Shown here: positions 55,840 through 64,000 of the stretch, piece after piece
Layout of the letters: every line of letters begins with the position of its first letter
Numbering within the stretch: position 1 is the stretch's first letter
Virus record (IMG/VR): IMGVR_UViG_3300047160_036266
Location: 224,001 to 288,000 of that record
Length of the DNA: 64,000 nucleotides
Strand: one strand, 5' to 3'
Source: a virus
Taxonomy: Duplodnaviria > Caudoviricetes
Notes under the pieces: generated by a model
Database searches by the model: none
What the model saw: only the letters and a program-made list of their open reading frames with translations
What the model was told of the DNA's origin: nothing
Program-made: the position numbers and the translations under genes

Positions 55840-56802
55840 TTAACTGAGTGTGATAGGCCATTTTTGGAACATTCTTTCAAGACCGTTGGCCAGGATGTCC
55901 GGCGTCAGTTCGGTTAGACACGGCTTGAGTACGTCCTTGCACTTGGGGCATTGCGGCCACGCAAAGCAGGGACCACAATCCCAATTGCCATCGTCCCGGT
56001 GCTTCTGGACCAGCACGAAATCGTAATATTTGCCGTAAACCTTGCCGTCAATAAAGGTGAAAATACCCGTCAGCGGCTTCTTCAAACCGCCGGCGCAATG
56101 GAAGGTGGACGTATCCACGCTTACCACATAGTCGGCACAGTCAATAACGGCCATCCACTGCTTGTGACCTATATTCCAGATGGTCGAGAAGGGCTTGAGA
56201 TCGTAGAGCGGACTGTTGTGGAGGCCAACAACGAAGCAGCCTTTTTGGTGGAGGTATTTGGCAACCATCATCATTTGCTGCTTGCTCAAGTTCTTCCCAG
56301 CTTGGGCGGAAACGGGTGAGAAGACCACGGTTGGCCCCTTATGCTTGCCTTTAAGCTGCCTGATTTTGTCAATCGCCCAGCGCTTTGCTTCCTGGTCGAT
56401 GTGCAGGTGCATGTTGTGTTTGGTAAGAATGACCCCGCAATGGCTGGCCCAGATGTCGCTCCGGTGTTTGTCGGCAAAGGGGGCAACCTGAGCCTCGTAG
56501 CGGCCACAGGCCGTAGTGGTGTTGTAACTAATCAGGTAGTCGTGCAGTCTCACCGTTCGGCAGTTTACTACCTCGTCCACAAAGGGGTGGTTCTCGGAGG
56601 CGTGAATATAATCCGGGGGCACCGCCCAGACGATCTTGCAACCTGGAAAAACCCGTTTGAAGTCCTCAAACATCATGCGGTGCATCAGGATGTCTCCCAG
56701 CCCGCCGCACTCTCGAACAATCAACACGGTGTTCCGTTTGTTATAGAAATCGCGTAGGCCCACGGGCGAGGGCGGTTTGGGGTGACGAATCAGCTTGACC
56801 AT
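55840..56802 (-). CDS. GT9 (heptosyltransferase-like) glycosyltransferase
   Basis: GGLGDILM, ADYVVSVDTSTFHCAGGLKKP, CGPC..C..CLTEL. Confidence 0.8.
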   Translation of the reverse strand: MVKLIRHPKPPSPVGLRDFYNKRNTVLIVRECGGLGDILMHRMMFEDFKRVFPGCKIVWAVPPDYIHASENHPFVDEVVNCRTVRLHDYLISYNTTTACGRYEAQVAPFADKHRSDIWASHCGVILTKHNMHLHIDQEAKRWAIDKIRQLKGKHKGPTVVFSPVSAQAGKNLSKQQMMMVAKYLHQKGCFVVGLHNSPLYDLKPFSTIWNIGHKQWMAVIDCADYVVSVDTSTFHCAGGLKKPLTGIFTFIDGKVYGKYYDFVLVQKHRDDGNWDCGPCFAWPQCPKCKDVLKPCLTELTPDILANGLERMFQKWPITLS

Positions 56803-56810
56803 GCTATAAA

Positions 56811-56840
56811 AGAGAAGCAGCCCGGAAATATCCGGGCTGC
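56811..56840 (-). terminator. intrinsic terminator
   Basis: GCAGCCCGGA-tatt-TCCGGGCTGC followed by TTCTCTTTT. Confidence 0.7.
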
Positions 56841-56868
56841 CGGTAGCAAGTTCTGCATGAAGAACTCG

Positions 56869-57486
56869 TTAGCTGTTGCACATGGAGGTCACGGAGGCGA
56901 GTACCGACACCGATACGGTGGTGGCACCGGAAGTGCTGTTGTCGAACTCCAGCTTGCTGACCGTCAAATCGCCAGCGTTGAAGACCTGAGTTACCAGGCC
57001 ACCTAACGTGAATACCGCATTGGTATTGCCGTTGAGGCGAACCTTGACGCCGTTCGCGCTGTTGTTGGTCAACTGGACGAACGAGGCCGGGTTGCCATAC
57101 GTTCCAACGAAGTCGATGACGTTGGCCGGGGTGCTGTAGCTCGTGCCGCCGACAACATTCAGGTTTTGGGCAACCGGGAAGTTGTTTTCCGGGGCGAAGT
57201 CAGAGTAAACGCTACCGTCATCCGTTACCACATTGATGAAAGCCTGGTCCAGAGGAACCTGCGGATAGGCAAACCGCTTCCAATAGTTGCAGTCCGTGAA
57301 GGTCTGGCCGTCACGGAGCTTGCGCCAGGTCCGGTTGGGTCCGGTGACATAAATCGTGCGCTGAATCGACGGGTTCATCTGCACGCCCAACTGATCGACG
57401 CTCGATGGCACTATTGCCTGCGTGGTCGGGTTAATGTCCATATAACCCTGGTAGGGGTTGTTCAAAGCCACTTGAAATACGCTCAT
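56869..57486 (-). CDS. hypothetical virion structural protein
   Basis: beta-rich, Asn/Thr/Val composition; GGAG SD. Confidence 0.65.
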   Translation of the reverse strand: MSVFQVALNNPYQGYMDINPTTQAIVPSSVDQLGVQMNPSIQRTIYVTGPNRTWRKLRDGQTFTDCNYWKRFAYPQVPLDQAFINVVTDDGSVYSDFAPENNFPVAQNLNVVGGTSYSTPANVIDFVGTYGNPASFVQLTNNSANGVKVRLNGNTNAVFTLGGLVTQVFNAGDLTVSKLEFDNSTSGATTVSVSVLASVTSMCNS

Positions 57487-57530
57487 TGTTCTCCTTGAGT
57501 GTGATTCCCTGTCCTGGTCTTCGGGTGTAT

Positions 57531-58145
57531 CTATGCAGGAAGTTCCAAAACTTCCGCCCTTTCAAACATATTTTGGTACAATTTGGTCCCTAGTCCGGTT
57601 GGCACCAGGGCTGTTTGGATACCCCTCGCCGCCGCAGCGAACAGAAACTCGTTCTCCACGCCGATGACCCAAGCCGCTCCCTGAAAATTATTGCCAACCT
57701 CGACTTCCAGGCCCTCGTCCCTGGCCAGATGGCGGCAGCGGTCGATCTGTTGTGCAGTCAATGATTTGGTTGGGATGACCCCTTCGGGGCTAATGAGGCA
57801 ATAGTCGCCTGGGGGCGGCTCCGGGACACTAATGGAGAGTGGGATTTGCGACTCTTCCATAAGGACTTCGACGGGATGGGATTGCAGGTCGCAGGTGAGG
57901 TTGCGGATGTAGGCGAAGTTCAACTCGTTTTCGCGCAGTTGGCTGTAGGTTAGAACATTGGGATGGCCGTCGAGCAGGTGAAAGACTTCATCCATGCACG
58001 CTATATAAACCTGAATGCCCGGCAACTCTTTCTCGATGTTGGGACGGAGCAGCAATAGTTGAACGAGATATTCGTTTGACCTGCCGAAATAACCAATGCA
58101 GTAACGGTCTTTGATCTTCGCATAATGCGGTAGGACTACAGCCAT
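57531..58145 (-). CDS. degenerate GT9-like protein
   Basis: HPVEVL, LISPEG..KSL, WVIGVEN..FAAAARGIQT. Confidence 0.45.
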   Translation of the reverse strand: MAVVLPHYAKIKDRYCIGYFGRSNEYLVQLLLLRPNIEKELPGIQVYIACMDEVFHLLDGHPNVLTYSQLRENELNFAYIRNLTCDLQSHPVEVLMEESQIPLSISVPEPPPGDYCLISPEGVIPTKSLTAQQIDRCRHLARDEGLEVEVGNNFQGAAWVIGVENEFLFAAAARGIQTALVPTGLGTKLYQNMFERAEVLELPA

Positions 58146-58267
58146 GAACACTCCAGACCACGAGAAAGCCAAATTGGGGGCCGACGCCCTCCATGAATTC
58201 TTCAATCAGTTCGGGCCACCCGACGTTTATAACAGAGTCCTTCTGGAAGAGGTTTTCAGGACGCTTT

Positions 58268-58618
58268 ATGGCAAAGATATATCTGTACCTGGCCCGCAGG
58301 GACAAAAAGGGCCTGAAGTTGGTCAGTGTGCTAGAAGGCCCGCTGACAGCCCCGGTTCGGTTAATGGATGTGAAGCTGCTCAACCTGCCCGGCAACATGG
58401 AGCAGGAGATTTCCCGCATCGTCCATGAAAACCGCATGTATTGGGAGCCGTGGTTGGAAAGTGCCGAGTCTTTTGAAGCTTTGAAAAAGGCAGTACGCAG
58501 TCGTGGCTATAGACAGGTGCCGGCCCACGGCAATCCGTTGTATATGGGTGATAGGTTCAGGAAGCAGGCAACAGTCCCGCCATCTAAACCCGTGCCGTCG
58601 ATGCTGAGAAGGATTTGA
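58268..58618 (+). CDS. hypothetical protein
   Basis: MAKIYLYLARRDKK start; exact start uncertain. Confidence 0.5.
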   Translation: MAKIYLYLARRDKKGLKLVSVLEGPLTAPVRLMDVKLLNLPGNMEQEISRIVHENRMYWEPWLESAESFEALKKAVRSRGYRQVPAHGNPLYMGDRFRKQATVPPSKPVPSMLRRI

Positions 58619-58915
58619 TTACAGACCGCCCTTACGCACGAAGAGCCTGGAAATGATAAACCGACCTGCATTAACCTCGATGAGCAACGCCTGCCCGTCC
58701 ATTTCAACTAGAGTTCCGCCGTCGCGCTTGAACTCCTTAGCTATCTCGTAAAGCTCGCCTTCCTGGGGTTCGATCTTTTCCAAGAGTTTTTTCAAGCTGA
58801 TCTTGGATTCGACTTGTGTTCCCACTTGGTTCCTGCGGGCCTCATGCTCGCTTTGGCTTTCCATCCACTTCTTGAACTCGTTGAGTGAAAAGGATGGTTC
58901 TCGGTGTTTAGCCAT
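58619..58915 (-). CDS. hypothetical protein
   Basis: SLNEFKKWMESQ near the N-terminus. Confidence 0.6.
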   Translation of the reverse strand: MAKHREPSFSLNEFKKWMESQSEHEARRNQVGTQVESKISLKKLLEKIEPQEGELYEIAKEFKRDGGTLVEMDGQALLIEVNAGRFIISRLFVRKGGL

Positions 58916-59747
58916 TTTTGTCCTCAAAGAAAGTCACAATTTCTTCTGGCCTTATATATGGCGCGTTCTCATATTCTAAACCCGCTGAAGAACTTCTTAT
59001 CTTGATTTCTTGATCCGAAGTCTTCAGCCAGTACATACACCCGTCGATGAATCCCTGGCCGATTCGCTGCTGAGGATATTGCCACAAGCCGTTGGGTAGT
59101 TGCTCGGCACCGGGCCGCTCCTCGCTAAATGAATCATCACAGCAGGCCAGAAGGAGTTTCCGAAGGTTGAAACGATAGGCAATACAAATGGCGGCACAGA
59201 TGGGGTTGCGATAATCGTCAATCTGGTATTCTACTTCGTTCCCCTTTGTCCCAGAGTACCGCTCGTCACCCACGGGAAGGTAGCGGTACTTTATGCCACG
59301 GTAGCGTTGTAGAAACTCGTGATTTGTGCGCACCGACGCTATGCAGCGAGGAAATATGCGGGGCATGAAGTGCAAGCACTCCGGGTAGGGATTGTTGACA
59401 ACATAATATGCTGGAACCCTGGCTTCCTGCCATTTCTTGAGGGCGGCATTTACGGCTATGATCGTTACCGATTTGTCCAAGCGTCCAAGTACCTTTTGCA
59501 CGGCGTTGAAGTGATGGCCGTCCGACACGATGACGACTTTATCATGACGGAATGTTTCTCTGTCCACCCAAGGGTTCCGGCTCCGGTTGTTAATTGTTTC
59601 ATTTTGCAATAGGACCGGGTAATCTTGTTGCCTGGTCAGATTGTTGATGTCAACGTAAGGCACCAGATGCTTGGTGAAGTTCCTGACCCACATACCTGTA
59701 GGCGTCAGCAGGTACTCGTTCTTGTTGCTGTGTTTCTTGATTATCAT
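58908..59747 (-). CDS. DUF115/MAF-like nucleotidyl- or glycosyl-transfer protein (tentative)
   Basis: VVIVSDG, IIAVNAAL, PAYYVVNNP, NPICAAICIAY..LLLACCD. Confidence 0.45.
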   Translation of the reverse strand: MIIKKHSNKNEYLLTPTGMWVRNFTKHLVPYVDINNLTRQQDYPVLLQNETINNRSRNPWVDRETFRHDKVVIVSDGHHFNAVQKVLGRLDKSVTIIAVNAALKKWQEARVPAYYVVNNPYPECLHFMPRIFPRCIASVRTNHEFLQRYRGIKYRYLPVGDERYSGTKGNEVEYQIDDYRNPICAAICIAYRFNLRKLLLACCDDSFSEERPGAEQLPNGLWQYPQQRIGQGFIDGCMYWLKTSDQEIKIRSSSAGLEYENAPYIRPEEIVTFFEDKNG

Positions 59748-59748
59748 G

Positions 59749-62700
59749 TTACTTCTTTGGGCATGGCACGATGGCAACGCAGGCGGGGCCATCCTCGCTG
59801 TCTTCCCCTGTCAGCTTCGATACGTCCAGTTGAATCTTCACGTCTATCGGTGCGCCCTTGTAGACCAATTCGACCTCCGGCTTCTCAGGCATCACCAATT
59901 GGATGATCGAGGGCACGCTGCCGATCAACTCGATAACACTTGGCACGCCGGCCACCTGGATAACGTCGGGAATGCCAGAGGCATCCAGGGTGATAACTGT
60001 CGGCAGTTCCCTCGGCATCTCGATGGTTATTACAGTAGGCAGGTTGCCAGAGTCCACCACAATCCGGCTGGGGATGTCCGTCGCCACCACTTCGATGGAC
60101 TGCGGCAGGTCGTGCTTCAGTTTGATCTCAGTCGGGATTGGTTCCTTCATCTCGACCTGGATATTTGGAATCTTGGGGGTATCCACCTGGATCATTACCG
60201 GAATGTCATGGATCACCCGTATGTCTGGTATATGCGGCATGACGATATGGATTTCAGATGGAATACCCAGGCTCTCGGCCACTGCTGTCATAGGAATGCC
60301 GCCGAAGCTGTCTTGGAAGTCCTCGCCAAGCTGGGTGGCCCCGACCATTGAGGCGGCGCTAGGACATTGCACCGTGACAATGCAGGAGATCGTCGGCATT
60401 GGTGTTGGGAACGTCACCGATATTGTTGGGGCGTCAGCAAAGCTGATAATTGTCGGTACGGTGGCCGGAGCGAAGGTAATGCTCGTGGGGATGGATACGG
60501 GCGTAATCGTGATCTCAGTCGGCACCGTCACCGGAGCAAAACTGATATACGTCGGCAGTGTCACCGGCGTAAAGGCGATGGTCGTTGCAAAGGTTACGGG
60601 CGTTATCTTGATCTCAGTCGGCACCGTCACTGGAGCAAAGCTGATGTAGGTCGGCACCGTCACCGGAGCAAAGCTGATGTAGCTTGGCAGTGTCACCGGG
60701 GCGAAGCTTATGTAGGTCGGTAGCGTCACCGGCGTAAAGGCGATGGTTGTTGCAAAAGTTACGGGCGTTATCTTGATCTCAGTCGGCACCGTCACCGGAG
60801 CAAAACTGATATACGTCGGCACCGTCACTGGAGTAAAGCTGATGTAGCTTGGCAGTTCCACCGGGGTAAAGGCGATGGTTGTTGCAAAAGTTACGGGCGT
60901 TATCTTGATCTCGGTCGGGAATGAGACGGGCGTAATCTTGATCTCGGTCGGCACCGTCACCGGGGCGAAGCTGATATAGGTCGGCACTGTCACCGGCGTA
61001 AAGCTGATGTAGCTCGGCAGTTCCACCGGCGCGAAGCTTATGGCGGTCGGGAACGATACTGGTGTTATCTTGATCTCGGTCGGGAAGGAGACGGGCGTTA
61101 TCTTGATCTCACTCGGCACTGTCACCGGGGCGAAGCTGATGATGCTGGCTACTGTCACCGGGGCAAAGCTGATATATGTTGGAACGTCTACCGGGGCGAA
61201 ACTAATGGCAGTCGGGAACGATACCGGGGAAATCTTGATCTCGGTCGGGAACGACACCGGCGATACCTTGATCTCGGTCGGGAACGACACGGGGGTTATC
61301 TTGATTTCGGTCGGCACCGTTACCGGCGCGAAGCTGATGGTACTCGGCACCGTCACCGGCGCGAAACTGATGGTACTTGGAAACTCTACCGGGGCAAAGC
61401 TAATGGCGGTCGGGAACGATACCGGCGAAATCTTGATTTCAGTCGGGAACGACACGGGCGTAATCTTGATCTCAGTCGGCACCGTCACCGGCGCAAAGCT
61501 GATGTAGCTGGGAACCTCCACCGGGGCGAAGCTAATGGTACTCGGCACCGTTATTGGCGCGAAGCTGATGGTACTTGGGAATTCCACCGGGGCGAAGCTG
61601 ATGGCGGTCGGGAATGATACCGGGGAAATCTTGATTTCAGTCGGGAACGAGACGGGTGTAATCTTTATCTCGGTCGGCACCGTCACCGGCGCGAAGCTGA
61701 TGTAAGTAGGAACCTCCACCGGGGCAAAGCTGATGATACTCGGCACCGTAACTGGCGCAAAGCTGATGTAACTCGGCAATTCTATCGGTGCAAAACTGAT
61801 GGCGGTCGGGAACGATACCGGGGATACCTTGATTTCGGTCGGGAACGAAACAGGTGTAATCTTGATCTCGGTCGGCACTGTCACCGGCGCAAAGCTGATG
61901 TACGTCGGCACTGTCACCGGAGCGAAACTGATATACGTCGGCACATCCACCGGCGCGAAGCTAATGGCGGTCGGGAACGAGACGGGCGTAATTCTGATCT
62001 CGGTCGGGAACGAGACGGGCGTAATCTTGATCTCGGTCGGGAACGAGACGGGCGCAATCGTAATCTGAGTTGGGACCGTCACCGGGGCGAAGCTAATGTA
62101 TGTCGGCACCGTTATCGGTGTGAAACTAATAACGGACGGCACACACATGGGGGTGAAACTGATGATAGTCGGTATTGCGGGAGGCGCAATTTCGATTATC
62201 GGAGGAATGTCCACCGGCGTGATGAATATAAACGTCGGAATGTATACCGGCGTAATGCTAATGAACGTCGGGAAGGTTATCGGCGTAAACTCAATCAACG
62301 ACGGAAAATCAATTGGCCCGAAAACGATGATGGTCGGTATGTCAATTGGCCCAAAGTTGATGATGGTCGGTATCGTTACGGGGCCGAAGTCGATGATCGA
62401 CGGTATATCAATCGGCCCGAAATCAATCACCGATGGGATCGAAATGTCAATGGGTCCGATGTCGATGGCGGACGGCACTACGATGTCAATGATTGACGGA
62501 ATGCTGACAGGCCCGAACTCAATCAAGCTGGGAATCTCAATCGGCGGCTCGACCACGATGACCGATGGTATGACAATTGGCCCGATGGGGCTGATGTCCA
62601 GGCACGGCAACACTATGGGCGGCGGGATGATTGGGACCGAAGGTACGGCCACGCTTGGGAATACCAGCGGCGGGATGGTCGGGCATTCGGGAATCGGGAT

Positions 62701-63462
62701 TTCAAAGGGCTGTTCTACCGGGGGAGTCGGCGGTTCGGAAACATTGCTCCGCTGGTTGGGTGTCTGCGCGATCTGGCATTTGCCATTCGACACGCTGATA
62801 ATGGGGTCGATATTGGCGCTGGGTGCATAGTTGTAGGTGCCCACCAGTTGGGAAGTCGTGAACGCCCCGTCACCGAAATCGAGACGGAAATCCGTGTAGG
62901 TGCCGGTAATAAGGACGTTATACTGGACGTGCGTGCCGGTCGCCGGGTCCGATGAAAGCACGTCGAACTGAAAGGTAATATCCGGGCACGCGAAGTCGTC
63001 AAAGATTACCGGGGTGCCTTGCAAGTGCCGGATGCGCCAGTCCAGGGTCGGCAGGAGGGTCGTGAAGTTCTCCCCGACGAAGTTCTCGATGTTGAGGACG
63101 GCGTTGATTAACTGGTTGTGTTGTTCGGCTATGACAAAACCACGCACGTCCGTGCCACCGGGGTTAAATTGCGTGGGCTGCCCGCCCAGGTTGCGGCAAC
63201 AGCGTTTCAGGGTGACGACTTTGCCGCTGGCGTTCTTATCCACGGCGTCGTAATAGAACATTTCGCCGTTGATGACGGCAAAGCCGTTGTCCGCCCATAA
63301 ATCTTGGCAATCACCGGCTACCGGCCTGATGGGGATTTCAAGGGACCAGGGCTGTGTATCGGCGGTCGTAACGGTTTCGGCGGTGTTATACACCAAGAAT
63401 AGGGTATAATCACTGTCAATTCCGAAAGGATAAACCGATTGTGGTGGAAATCCGCTTGGCAA
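59749..63462 (-). CDS. large fibre-like structural protein: PKD-like domain plus ~60 11-aa repeats
   Basis: LDFGDG PKD-like motif; repeats T(Y/A)ISFAPVxVP and TEIKITPVSFP. Confidence 0.8.
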   Translation of the reverse strand: MPSGFPPQSVYPFGIDSDYTLFLVYNTAETVTTADTQPWSLEIPIRPVAGDCQDLWADNGFAVINGEMFYYDAVDKNASGKVVTLKRCCRNLGGQPTQFNPGGTDVRGFVIAEQHNQLINAVLNIENFVGENFTTLLPTLDWRIRHLQGTPVIFDDFACPDITFQFDVLSSDPATGTHVQYNVLITGTYTDFRLDFGDGAFTTSQLVGTYNYAPSANIDPIISVSNGKCQIAQTPNQRSNVSEPPTPPVEQPFEIPIPECPTIPPLVFPSVAVPSVPIIPPPIVLPCLDISPIGPIVIPSVIVVEPPIEIPSLIEFGPVSIPSIIDIVVPSAIDIGPIDISIPSVIDFGPIDIPSIIDFGPVTIPTIINFGPIDIPTIIVFGPIDFPSLIEFTPITFPTFISITPVYIPTFIFITPVDIPPIIEIAPPAIPTIISFTPMCVPSVISFTPITVPTYISFAPVTVPTQITIAPVSFPTEIKITPVSFPTEIRITPVSFPTAISFAPVDVPTYISFAPVTVPTYISFAPVTVPTEIKITPVSFPTEIKVSPVSFPTAISFAPIELPSYISFAPVTVPSIISFAPVEVPTYISFAPVTVPTEIKITPVSFPTEIKISPVSFPTAISFAPVEFPSTISFAPITVPSTISFAPVEVPSYISFAPVTVPTEIKITPVSFPTEIKISPVSFPTAISFAPVEFPSTISFAPVTVPSTISFAPVTVPTEIKITPVSFPTEIKVSPVSFPTEIKISPVSFPTAISFAPVDVPTYISFAPVTVASIISFAPVTVPSEIKITPVSFPTEIKITPVSFPTAISFAPVELPSYISFTPVTVPTYISFAPVTVPTEIKITPVSFPTEIKITPVTFATTIAFTPVELPSYISFTPVTVPTYISFAPVTVPTEIKITPVTFATTIAFTPVTLPTYISFAPVTLPSYISFAPVTVPTYISFAPVTVPTEIKITPVTFATTIAFTPVTLPTYISFAPVTVPTEITITPVSIPTSITFAPATVPTIISFADAPTISVTFPTPMPTISCIVTVQCPSAASMVGATQLGEDFQDSFGGIPMTAVAESLGIPSEIHIVMPHIPDIRVIHDIPVMIQVDTPKIPNIQVEMKEPIPTEIKLKHDLPQSIEVVATDIPSRIVVDSGNLPTVITIEMPRELPTVITLDASGIPDVIQVAGVPSVIELIGSVPSIIQLVMPEKPEVELVYKGAPIDVKIQLDVSKLTGEDSEDGPACVAIVPCPKK
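60431..62535 (-). repeat. 33-nt coding tandem repeat array
   Basis: repeated gctgat(g)tag..ggcaccgtcaccggcgc / gatctcggtcgggaacga units. Confidence 0.9.
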
Positions 63463-63504
63463 AGTAACCCCTCTTTTCCTTATATACCTCTCGCAGCAAC
63501 AGCT

Positions 63505-64000
63505 TTAGAAAATCCCCATCTGCCATTGCGTTCCATCGGGCCTGGACCCCAGCGCCGAAAAGGTCGTGTCCACGTCACTGAACTTGATAAAGGCGTTGGT
63601 GCTGTAGTCAAAGCTGAGGTAGGCTTTGTGGTCGCCATCGGACGTTGCAACCAGGGTGTTGGCTTGGTTGTCGTAGCCGATTACACTGGCATCTTGCAGC
63701 ACTCGGAAGGATGAAGAGTTAAGGCTCGTATTGTTCGTCTCCCAAACCCCGCTGGCGTCGTTGTAGGCTGACACCGCACCCGAATTGTTGAAGAAGTACA
63801 GTCCTGAATTCAGTGGCACCAGTCGCCCCTCGATTTTCACCAAACCCGCCATGTCCGGCAACTTCCGAATATTGACCGCCTCCACCGTGCCTACAGGTTC
63901 GCTGCGGTAGAAGCTGCGCAACTTGAAGAAATCACCCACATTGTCGTTGCGCACGAAATATCCGCTCGCTCCCTTCCAAGCGGAACGATAAACACTCATG
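63505..64000 (-). CDS. hypothetical structural protein (5'-truncated by the window)
   Basis: open frame running to the window edge. Confidence 0.6.
   Translation of the reverse strand, partial: MSVYRSAWKGASGYFVRNDNVGDFFKLRSFYRSEPVGTVEAVNIRKLPDMAGLVKIEGRLVPLNSGLYFFNNSGAVSAYNDASGVWETNNTSLNSSSFRVLQDASVIGYDNQANTLVATSDGDHKAYLSFDYSTNAFIKFSDVDTTFSALGSRPDGTQWQMGIF

Noticed and set aside
58144-58428. Alternative + strand ORF MNTPDHEK
   Set aside because: It overlaps 58268-58618 out of frame and has no clear initiation signal, so it is unresolved and not called.
60431-62535. 33-nt repeats as a CRISPR array or DGR
   Set aside because: The repeats are in-frame and coding, have no unique spacers, and no cas or reverse transcriptase genes are present.
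59903-62830. Long + strand ORFs opposite the repeat protein
   Set aside because: They are antisense shadows of the low-complexity repeat codons.
1-64000. Stop-codon reassignment, tRNA or rRNA genes
   Set aside because: Conserved genes are full length in code 11, and no cloverleaf or rRNA-like segment was recognised by eye.

Overview
A 64-kb segment of a large T4-superfamily (myovirus-like) jumbo phage genome. It holds the head and packaging module: terminase large subunit, intein-containing portal, prohead core, prohead protease, scaffold and major capsid protein. It also has a tail-tube gene, a ~1,240-aa tandem-repeat fibre-like protein, DNA-metabolism genes (primase, Cas4/RecB-like nuclease, Dam methylase, HU) and at least seven glycosyltransferase-like genes. 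Auxiliary metabolic genes include glutamate dehydrogenase and L-lysine 6-aminotransferase. The strongest unexplained signal is a family of about 15-20 unrelated proteins sharing an N-terminal M-x-x-F-x-x-W/F-L-x(0-3)-E motif that resembles the T4 capsid-targeting sequence. These include an Acb1-like 2H phosphoesterase, a TGT/DpdA-like enzyme, an HhH glycosylase-like protein and a C39 peptidase, which suggests a large virion-packaged effector payload. Other notable items are a volactin-like actin, stand-alone mini-genes copying the N- and C-terminal segments of the capsid protein, and a recurrent TANATA box placed 4-6 nt before start codons (leaderless late transcription). No tRNA, rRNA or CRISPR array was seen. 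All family calls come from recognising motifs by eye; no database search was run.
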